DNA from: Adineta vaga
Taxonomy: Eukaryota > Animalia > Rotifera
DNA: 64,000 nt
Direction of reading: 5' to 3'
NCBI GenBank assembly: GCA_021613535.1
Contig: CP075496.1
Span: 2,294,001 to 2,358,000, forward strand
Part shown: one piece after another, positions 54,261 through 64,000 of the stretch
How the letters are laid out: the number at the start of each line of letters is the position of its first letter
How positions within the stretch are numbered: position 1 is the stretch's first letter
Made by a program: the position numbers and the translations under genes
Notes under the pieces: model-generated
The model's database searches: none
The model's input: only the letters and a program-made list of their open reading frames with translations
What the model was told of the DNA's origin: nothing

Positions 54261-54825
54261 GATTTTTTATCAGAAACATATATGATGTGCATGGAGTGAT
54301 TGGACGTTTCAAAAGAAATAAGCATTCAGTTCAATATTTTTTCAAATAATCCCACATAATTATGTTTATAAATTCTATTGAACTTTCAGTAAACTATAAT
54401 TCAGTCATCTACAGCTAACGAAATACTGCTTTTGATTTAGACCAAAGATGTCTATAATGATATGATAGTAGCAAGAACTCTTGAAAGATAATGCGAAAAT
54501 GCATGAATTTAATCAGAATTTGAATGTTCGGAAGTAAAAAACGATTAGATTCGATCAATAATATGAATTCATAGTGAATCTTTTAATCCGAAACGAATTT
54601 AGTTCCGAAAATTAAAATATTTTTTAAAAAAACTATCAAAGTCGTGATGCAGTTATTTTAAACCATGGCGAACATCTGTGATCTAGAAAAATACTTAAAA
54701 TGATAAAACTCCTAGTGATTGGCAAAATGTCTATACGTTTTACATCACTGCGAAATTTAGCTTTATTAGAGACAGTTTGTATGGTTGTTCAAAATAGATA
54801 CGTTTCCGAAGTATTAGATTGAAGT

Positions 54826-55897
54826 TTGTCTCAATTGAGTTATCTTTGTTTTTATCGATTCTCGAATACGATACATTTAATCCAATCATTTATCATTTTT
54901 TTAATTATGCGATTACATCTATGAAAATGCGAAATTGCGTGCGAATAATATGGAGTAAAGAAAGGTTGTTCAGTGACATTTCGCAATATAAGAGTAACTG
55001 TCAGGTACTTTTTCTGACTGTAAAATATAGTAGACAAAATAAAAACTGGATTTCGCACATAGTTTGATATTTATCTCTTTGTCAACAATAAGTATAAAAG
55101 AAGCAAGTTTTCTTTCATAATAATATTATTTCGATCAATCCTACGAAGCTATTTCTTACTTATTCATCAACATACAAACAAATAAACAACAACGATGAAG
55201 AGTGCGATAATCATTCTCTCTGTATGCATTTACTCAGTTCTTGCACATGAAAATGAAGACAAACGTTTGGTGCCCGCTGTTTTAGTCAGTGGAGGACTTA
55301 CTGCTGCTGATAGTCTGTTTAATGGAAAAGTATTGATCGGTGATCCAAATAGTAAAGATTGTAATGCTGCTTGTAAAAGCAAAAAATTTGCATTTGGGCA
55401 AACCATCGGTAAATTTGGTTTTTGATTTCGTTTCTTCTATATATCTGCTTATTTAGGTACTGGACCCTTTTGTGCTAGCAGTTGCACTGATTGTCCAAAA
55501 GGTTCGAAATGTCTCGACAATTGGGCTGAAGGAGGATTGTGCGTATTTGGACATAAAGTTTGTTGTTGTTTAAAAGCAAAAAAAGTCACCCGAAAACTTG
55601 ATATTTACAATGAACTTCTTGGACGTGATTCTTTCGATTCGAGAAACAATGAAGATTCAAACGATGAATCAGATGAATAACCAAGTTCGTCGAAAGACAT
55701 ATGTTTAGAATCACCAAAGAACATTTACTTTTACTTCTCTGACTATACATCACTAACAAAAACATATTTTATTGTCTATTTTCATTTTTTATTAACCAAT
55801 AATTAGTTTCAGAAGATAATTCGAGATTTTCATTAGTATAATTGTTTCCATTCAATAATAAAATACTTTCAAATGTTACCGTCCAAAATAATCACGA
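54826..55897 (+). repeat. Inverted duplication, right arm
   Basis: See left arm; unique spacer at 54261-54825. Confidence 0.95.
55195..55680 (+). CDS. Secreted 10-Cys peptide precursor B (intact, 2 exons)
   Basis: MKSAIIILSVCIYSVLAHENEDKR-LVPAVLVSGG..SKDCNAACKSKKFAFGQTI-G-TGPFCASSCTDCPKGSKCLDNWAEGGLCVFGHKVCCCLKAKKVTRKLDIYNELLGRDSFDSRNNEDSNDESDE*. Phase-1 intron at about 55409-55456. Confidence 0.88.
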
Positions 55898-57348
55898 AAG
55901 CTAATAGTATTTCTTTTTCTTTTTTTCTAATTTATTTTTATACGCATCCATCTGTGAGATTTTATTCATATAGTGGAATAGAAGAGTAAAAGAAAAATAT
56001 TTATCTTGTCTTTGATGGATCTTTTTACCAATACTACACTATAATTTCGGTAATAATCGATAGTTTGGTTTTATAGGTAATGCAAATCTAAGAAAAATAG
56101 AATGTCACTAGTTTTGAAGATATTATCAATGTACAAATATATTGACGATATCTATGTACTAGGGTCATGCATTTAACAGTATTGTAATTGTAGTTTTATA
56201 GCGCAAGTTTTCAACATAAATTTAAACGAATTGACTGAACCGGTCAATTTGTATTAAGATTGTTCTATATCTCCATAACAAAAATCGATGGCATAAACGT
56301 TTTCTCTAATCAATGATACTGTTTTTAGACATTAGACAGAGTTATTGAATCTTGGTTATCATTATTACTATCATGACGTCAAAAATTGTTTGTGCGAGTA
56401 GAATAAAAATGAGAAAAAAAAACTTCAGACGTCTACGTCATAAAAAGTCGTCTCCTATCAATGCCATACGCAAATAATATATACATACATACTCACGAAG
56501 TTATCAATGACTCATAGAACTTAACATACGTCATTATGAATCATCATGGTTTGTAAACAACCATTGGCAAAGGATCGTTCGAGCTACGTTACATATATAT
56601 ACCAAGATAAATCTTTCTCTTTTATCGTTATATTTTTATTGTTTTATAAAATAAGACAAAAGTCAATAAATGTGGTTTTTTCTGATAGTTATCATCGTAG
56701 GTAAGAATATTTGTGGCAAAATATCGATGATGATTTTAATCAATTATGTACGTATAAGACAGACATCTCGAATTATTTCCTTTAACGACTAAGATAAATA
56801 TAGATGAGTAAAAGTATTTGAACAGTCAGATATTTTTATTTCTTGTAAACTTTACCTATTCGCTATTTTAAACAACGATAAAACAAGTACATTTACTCCA
56901 ATAGAAACACATTACTGAACGTAAGTTCAATAATAAAACGTTCATTATAAGAAGTAGAAATTTTCTCTATGATATAAAACAAGAAAAGAACAATCCTATT
57001 AAAATGCAGCGGTTTTTTCCCCTGTCAAATAAGGCTGTTGTCTTCTCCTTTTTTTCGATTCTCTCGCTCGGGTAGAAATAAAAGGAAAAAAAAGAAAGAA
57101 AAGAAAATGCACAGAATAATGTTGCCAAGCGTTGCCTATATATGTATATACGTATTGAAATGTGTATGTATTTAGGTAATTGAGTGTAATTCAGGTATGA
57201 AAAAAACATAGCGAATTGACTTAATCATATGAAAATATCCGCAAAAAATTTTAGATTTATTTCATCTTCGGAATGTTTCTATTCAATTTGTATATTCTTC
57301 TTTCAGAAATATTATATATAGAGATCGATTTATTTTTGCCGATATTTA

Positions 57349-58824
57349 ATGTCAACAAAACCATCCACTTCCGCTCGAAAATTAGCTGGTAGAAGAATAG
57401 GTAAGTCAACTGACATTTTCGCACATAGTTCATGATATTTTAATAAGAAATTATGAAATAAATCATTTTAGGTAATTTTACAATCACTTGTCCTGATTTA
57501 ACGGAAGCGAACGACGAAGCAACAACTTATACGTAAACAGAATTGCATTTTCTTTCCTTTTTTTTTAAAGAAATATTTATCGTTGGTATATTTCTAGTCT
57601 AGAAGTACCATCATCATCGACAACATTGAATTATCATGGACGAACTATTGATGTAAGCACAAAACAATTTGATACACTTCGTATCTTAGGACGTGGCAAT
57701 TTTGGATATGTTCTTGATGTAAAAATTGATAGTTATCCTGATGTTCGAATGGCAGTTAAAGTAAACAAATAGAGACTTTGTAATGTCATTTATAGATTTA
57801 ATCCTTTTAATTCATTGTAGAGAATACTACTTGAAACTCAATTGGATCGTCGAGCATCGACATATACAGATTTAACAACGATTCAAAATGTTGGTTCAAA
57901 AAATTACCCATATATTATTTCCTACTATGGAGCCATGATTGATAAAGTAATAGACGAATTTGACTTTAGAGAATCTTTATTCTAATTAAATATTTCAAGG
58001 AAGCAAGTGAATTACTTATTTGTGTCGAATTAATGGACGCATCAATGGAACGATTTTGTCAAGCAATGCATGCACTTAGTAATATAACTTATACAGATCT
58101 TGATCATGTTTTATGTCGATTAACTCATAATGTAAAACTGAGACGTTCTTTCAATGAATCACTATGAATATTTATCTAATAGATAACATCGGCATTACAT
58201 TTTCTCAAAACTCATCGAATTTTACATCGTGATGTTAAACCTCAAAATATGCTTGTGAATAAACAATCTGTTTTTAAATTATGTGATTTTGGTATTAGTC
58301 GTCAAATGCGTATATCTCAATCGATAGCTGTTGGTGGTGTTCAAGGAACAGATGCTTATTTACCAGTATGTATAGACAGATTTGTTATATAAATATATAT
58401 TTGTAATATATTAGCCGGAATTAATTGGAGATACGAGTCAAACGTATGGAATTCGTGCTGATATGTGGGCATTAGGTTTAAGTTTATTTGAAATAATTGC
58501 AGGCACAAATCCTGTTGTACGTAAAACTTCATTTGAAACGATGACAGCCATTCGTTCATGGGTTCCAATTATACCTGCAAGTCCAAAGATTTCAGATGAT
58601 ATGAATCAACTGATCTCACATTTGTATGTTGATCGATTTTTGAATTCTTTCAGTTTTAATCATTGATTTCTTGTAGGCTCAAAAGAGATCTTGAAGAACG
58701 ACCAAGAACATATCTTGAAATACTTGATATACCTTCGATAAAGAATGTCAATGAAAATCCATCGGATGAAGAAAAAGCATTTGTAACTTATATTCTGGAC
58801 AATCTACCTCCAGTCAATGAATAA
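57349..58824 (+). CDS. Divergent MAP kinase kinase (MKK3/6 or MKK4/7 class), 8 exons
   Basis: LGRGNFGYV, MAVK-RI, PYIISYYGAM, ICVELMDASM, ILHRDVKPQNMLVN, KLCDFGIS, YLP-PE, YGIRADMWALGLSLFEI, LKRDLEERP. Confidence 0.88.
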
Positions 58825-59092
58825 AACATATTTTTCAGTATTTTTCTATTGAATTAAGATAAATAAATAAAGTTCTATCTAAATCCAACGTAAGTTGAAG
58901 TAACAACTATTCACAAGTACGAAAATCATCTTACTAAATTTCCCGAAAAAGTTACCTATGAAAGCAAGACACATGTTTCCATTACATTTCACTGACTGAT
59001 GCAAAAGAAGCAATAATGAAGAAAATCATATCATACAATGAGTTTATTTCGATTATAATAATCAACATACAAAACTAATCCACAAATCATTT

Positions 59093-59551
59093 TCACGTTC
59101 TTATTCGTTTCGATTTCTTCATAATACTCTGTTCAATTATTTCCTTTTCCCATTCTTCTAAATTTCGTTCTTTTATATCAAACGAACTGTTAGTATCTAA
59201 TAAAGTACTATTGAATGAAAATGATCCATCATCGTTTTGTAAAAATCTTGATTTGAATTGAAATGTTTTTGAATCTTTATAAATATTGAAATACCATTCT
59301 TCTAATTGAATATGTTGAGTATGATTGTCTGATTTATAATTATAACATTGTTCACAAATAAGTAGAATAATATTTTTCATTTGAGAATCTTTTGGATATA
59401 ATATTAAACCAATTTTTGATCGTTGACATAAACAATTATGAAAGGAACAATCAAATAATTTTGACAATGATAATATTTGAGAATGATTTGTAAGATTCTC
59501 ATTGTCTTTAGGACGAAAATTTTGATGAGATTGAATCATGAATGTTTCCAT
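59093..59551 (-). CDS. Hypothetical 152-aa protein
   Basis: Clean ATG ORF with Cys clusters (CSFHNCLC, ICEQC). No family recognised. Confidence 0.5.
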   Translation of the reverse strand: METFMIQSHQNFRPKDNENLTNHSQILSLSKLFDCSFHNCLCQRSKIGLILYPKDSQMKNIILLICEQCYNYKSDNHTQHIQLEEWYFNIYKDSKTFQFKSRFLQNDDGSFSFNSTLLDTNSSFDIKERNLEEWEKEIIEQSIMKKSKRIRT

Positions 59552-60076
59552 TGATTAGACGAAGACAAAATTCACTCAAAAATAATGACAGACGTTTTGT
59601 CGATAGATGTACTTAAATATCGATTTGTACTGATGATGAATAAACGTTTATGTGGGATAAAAATAAACATCTTTTCGATTATGACGTCACATGAATCAAT
59701 GAGATTTAGAAAAAGCATGTTTGATATACTCTTTGTAAATTGTAATATGAAAATATATTGCAAAAACACTCAAATAAAACAAACAATGATTCAATGATTT
59801 CGTTGTATTCTATTTTTGATATTTTCTTTTCGGTATTTGTGTATGTAACCCTAGGTGAGCGATGGACAGAAATCGTCAAGGATTAATATTTGACTTTTTC
59901 TTTTCACCTAAAAGGACAATTCTATTCATCGAATATTATAAGTTACAAATAGGAAATCTTGAAAATATTCCGTTAGATATATTACATAAACTCATCTAGA
60001 TCAATCGTTGGTTTTTATTTCCAAATACAAAACATTACACTTGGTCATATGTACACAAAACGCATATATAAACAAT

Positions 60077-62280
60077 TTATATAACAAGTGTCTTCGTACT
60101 ATAATTTGTTATAGATGATTCTGATGAAAATCCGTATGTCGTCGGTATGGAAATTGGTGTCGATGGTACTGATGACTCTTTTTTCATTTCTAATATGAGA
60201 TTTTCTGTATGAGTTCTTAGATGATCACCAAATTTCTTCAAAGGTACCCATTTCATACAATGTTTCCATAAACATCGTTGAATCTTCAAAGAAAAACAGT
60301 ATTCAATAATATAAAAGTAAATTTGTATACACATACGGTAGATGAATGTTGAACATGAAAAAGTCGAGCATGAGTAAAAACATCTTCACGACGAGAAAAT
60401 GGTTGTCGACAAGATGCATACTATACAATAGAAAGAACGAAAAGATCATTGTTTCATTGATATCAATTACAAAAATAAGAAGACAACACTTACTTCACAT
60501 CGATATATTTGATTAATATCACATTGTAATACTTCAATTGTACCACTCTCCATTCCACAATAGACCTAGAAGAAGGAAAATAAACGATAAGTAATATTTA
60601 CAATGATTCGTTTGTCTTATTACAAGATTATTTTTATAGATCATTGAAATAATCGATTGACTTGTTGATGTTGTTAACTGTTGAATTAATTCATGAGTTT
60701 GAATATTAAATATTTTAATTAAGCCATCAAGTGATGAAGCAATTAATAGATGCTGTTGTTGATTCATGGCAATATTTGTCACAGCTTTTTCGAATTCTTT
60801 ATATTCATAGACAATTGTACCATTTAGAAAATTATGTACAACAATTTTTTTATCGGCAGAACAACTATATAATAAATGATGTGTAGAATCAACGATTAAT
60901 TGACGAGGAGATTTCGTATGACCTAGAAAAAAAGAAATAGAATTTCATCTCCAAAACATTTCAATCATACCTGCTAATGTCAACCGTCGTTGTTCATTTA
61001 GTAATGAAATAACAACAATAGATCCATCAAACGATGATGCTATCAATAAATGACGTCCATCGGGATCACGCGTTGCTGCCACTGCTGATACAACATATGG
61101 TGAACATTTGATTGTATGAATGACACACATCTATAGAATACAAATATAATTGATAGAAAAAAAGGATCTTTAAAATATTTCACCTTTTTCAATGATATAA
61201 ATGCTACTTCACCTGAACCTAATCCAACCATTAAAATATGAAATTTAACAGCTGTACAATGTACAGGTGCAGCAAGCATTATTTCTCCTTTTGGTTCATG
61301 CGATGGATGATCACGATATAATCTGACTGTTTGATCAAAACCAGCAACACATAATATTGTTCCACCAAATCGTTTACAATGTGCTACTTGTAATGTTTGT
61401 GTACCACCGTTGGGTGTAAATATTGGTTGATGACGAGTATGTTCAAGTAATGTTTGTGTTTGATAGAATCGTACTTGACCATTGAGAGAACATGAATAGA
61501 GTAAACCACGATACATACGTAAACAAACAATAGGACTTTGATGTTTTGTTGTCATAATACCTGGACGTGGTTGTTGATATTTTGTACGTTGATGAATTTT
61601 ACCTAAACGTCGACGATGCATCATACGCCAGACTTTATAATAATTTACTGGAGGATAGTACTGAATTGATGTTACTTTTGTTGATACGGATGATTCAGTA
61701 CCAGGACGACGACGTTTAAGTACATTACCGAGAATTTCAGGACCAACTGTTGATCGAGCTGTTGTACGAAATAAACCTGAGCAGGTACCAAGTAGAAAAT
61801 CAATTAATTGTTGGCCAGATATTGTAATCAAATCACATGATAGATCATCATCAACTTTCTGATTTAAATAGAAAAACGATCATTTTTTTTTTATTCCAAA
61901 AAATTGTATAAGTTAGTTAATTGATGTACCTGTTCGTCAGATATTCGTTCAAGTTGATTTCGTACATAGAAAACTTTCATTTCAAAAGGCATTGTCTGTT
62001 CATAAGGTGATTGTTGTTGTTGTAGATTAATTAACTGAGAATGATTGATTATTTTTTTTTTTGATTTATTATAAATTTGTCGATTAATTTTATCCATATC
62101 TTTTCGCTCAACAAAATGATGTCGAAGATTTGATCGTTGAGCAATTTGTAAACATAATTGAGAAAGAATGTCTCGACCTCGACGAGATGATAAAGAACCA
62201 AGAAATGTACAACTAACTGAAGATGATGAAGGAGATACATCAGAATGTATGGAGCTTCCCGTAGATTCCATTTTAGACAT
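60077..62280 (-). CDS. ZNF106-like WD40-repeat protein with C-terminal C2H2 fingers
   Basis: WD repeats (LYSCSLNGQVRFY, VAGFDQTVRLY, IASSFDGSI, LYSCSADKKI, IASSLDGLIKIFN), then YRCEYASCRQPF..FTHARLFH and QRCLWKHC..GDHLRTH, in the same order as the ZNF106 C-terminus. Confidence 0.75.
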
Positions 62281-62957
62281 GGTCTCTTTTGGAATAAGTT
62301 TTAAACAGGATCAAAATATGCGACTAATACACGTAGCTTAGTGAATATCAAACATAAGATATATGATCGGTCAAACAAAAATGGTTAAGTTTAGTCAGAT
62401 CTATTGCAATTCGTAATAGGAATTGATGTCAATCTACCAATCAGAATATTTTGAGATGCCTCGACAACAACAAATGAGGAAAATATTCGATAAAAACAAG
62501 TGATTTTACAGTTTTTCTCGTACTCTTGTCATTAATTAAGATAGTTTTGTAAGTTATTATATTGTTTAGTAGTAATAAAGATCGTTAAAATGTGTTACAA
62601 AGTTATTGGAATGACCCAAATTCTGTAGATGGCGTTGGTTCTCTTTGAATACTACGTTACGATTATCATTTTTTAGGTGATGTAATAGAATGCAATATTT
62701 CAAAAATGCAAATAGGTCTAAAAACTCTTATGATGATATGAATCATACTATTCAATGTGACAACTCCTTTGTACAAGACTAAAATGATTGAAGAAGCGAG
62801 GACTCTAGTACTCATGTAGTTATACATCTGTTTTCTTTCTCATGTAAGAAAATGTTTATTATTGAATTAAAATAAAAAGAGATAAGACAATGTTTTCTTA
62901 TATTTATATCTATCATTAATTATTTCCAATAGTATAACGACATTGAGTGATAATACA

Positions 62958-63855
62958 ATGCGGACTCTATTTGTTATTCTTCTTTCTTTTCAATTGTGTA
63001 TTATTACACATCAACAAGGTTAGTACTATTGAACATAGAATACCTTACATATATAAATCGATCATATAAAATCAAGATTATACATTACCATTTCTCTTCA
63101 AGTTGTCACTCTATTTTATTGATAGTTGTTTCATTGGAAAAAGAGATGCTATATGCGTTACATAGAAAATGATGTCGTATTAAGTTTTGTCTTAGATTAA
63201 TATTATCATTTGTTTATACAGGTGGAAGATATGTAGTTGGCTTAGGAGATTCATTCACATCTGGTGGTGGTTCAAAGTCGTATCCACACATTGCTGCTGG
63301 ATTATTAAATTGGCAAGTACGTAATTTTGCTGTAGGTGGCTCAAAAACACACAATATATTTACACAATTAGTTAGCGCTGGTACTGTCTTACCTTTAGCA
63401 ACTCATGTTGTTTTAACAATTGGTGGTAATGATTTGAATGGAATTGGAAGTTTAGTAGATATTGCAAAGGTTAATATCACATTATTTGAAGAGAAATGTG
63501 ACAAATTTAAGCCAACACTCGTATCAACTTACAATCAAATCAAAGCTGCCATTCGTCCTGAAGCTAAAATCTATGCTCTACCGTATGTCGATTTCACAGT
63601 GTTGGTAATAAAATTCCATATGAGCTTGAATCTCATCAAATACTTCAAGCATTAAATAAAGTTGTTAAAAATGCAGCTGCTGAAGCAAATATTAACTATG
63701 TAGATACTGTAGTATCGGCATTTCTTGGCCATGAAATGTATTCATCTGATCCATACATCGATAGTTTCCAACATCCAACAAATGCAGTTCATCCTAATTT
63801 GAAAGGTTATGCCAAGATCGGACAGGTTCTTGCTGCTTATTTGCAAGCAAATTGA
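62958..63855 (+). CDS. Secreted SGNH/GDSL hydrolase, microbial SEST-like; 1-nt frameshift at about 63595 as assembled
   Basis: Signal-peptide exon MRTLFVILLSFQLCII; block I VGLGDSF, block II AVGGS, block III LTIGGND; after the frameshift AFLGHE..NAVHPNLKGYAKI (block V). Confidence 0.82.
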
Positions 63856-64000
63856 GAACGATGATGTACCTCTAATACTGATAAGAGAAGATATGAATGT
63901 AGATCTCCAACCCTCAGTACTTTTATTATCAAAGTAATAATTGAAGAATAAACACAAATGTTCGATTACTATATCTCTTATCTACATAACATGATGGACG

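Noticed and set aside
54019-55067. Mirrored ORFs MRNPVFILST... and ...LSLFLSILEYDT...
   Set aside because: By-products of the duplicated promoter region; mostly non-ATG starts and no protein-like features.
53188-55897. Long inverted repeats as transposon TIRs or a foldback element
   Set aside because: No transposase in the spacer, no evident target-site duplication, and each arm is a complete host-type peptide gene.
62590-62790. Possible decayed second SGNH copy (DGVGSL versus NGIGSL)
   Set aside because: Similarity is limited to a few residues and cannot be distinguished from chance without an alignment.
1-64000. Prokaryotic features (CRISPR, bacterial operons, contamination)
   Set aside because: Even the bacterial-type genes carry spliceosomal introns and lie among metazoan genes; no repeat-spacer array was seen.

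Overview
AT-rich eukaryotic (metazoan) genomic DNA with many short (~45-65 bp) GT-AG introns. The intron size, the mix of ordinary animal genes with intron-bearing genes of non-animal type, and an ADP-ribosyltransferase-like protein suggest a bdelloid rotifer; this is an inference and the species cannot be determined. About 22 protein-coding loci were reconstructed by hand. Animal-type genes: MAPKBP1/WDR62-like (runs off the left edge), CFAP97-domain protein, SNX3/12, GPI-type Ig protein, NT5DC, chondroitin sulfate synthase, MRL/lamellipodin adaptor, NCS-type EF-hand protein, a Habc-less syntaxin, a divergent MAP2K and a ZNF106-like WD40/C2H2 protein. Candidate horizontally acquired genes: WrbA-type quinone reductase, SGPP/CbbY-like HAD hydrolase and a secreted SGNH hydrolase. 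Most striking structures: (1) 53.2-55.9 kb, a head-to-head inverted duplication of a secreted 10-Cys peptide precursor whose promoter, signal-peptide start, acidic tail and 3' flank are nearly identical while the mature-peptide core is highly divergent; (2) 9.7-20.3 kb, a tandem Ig-KY-HAD block duplication with reciprocal gene loss, an 8-bp microhomology deletion junction and patchy homogenisation; (3) a secreted, GPI-type Q/N/G/Y-rich prion-like protein that the ORF track misses; (4) a degenerate ART gene abutting a downstream ORF in an operon-like arrangement. No rRNA, tRNA, CRISPR array or recognisable transposase was seen. All homology calls are from motif recognition, not database searches.
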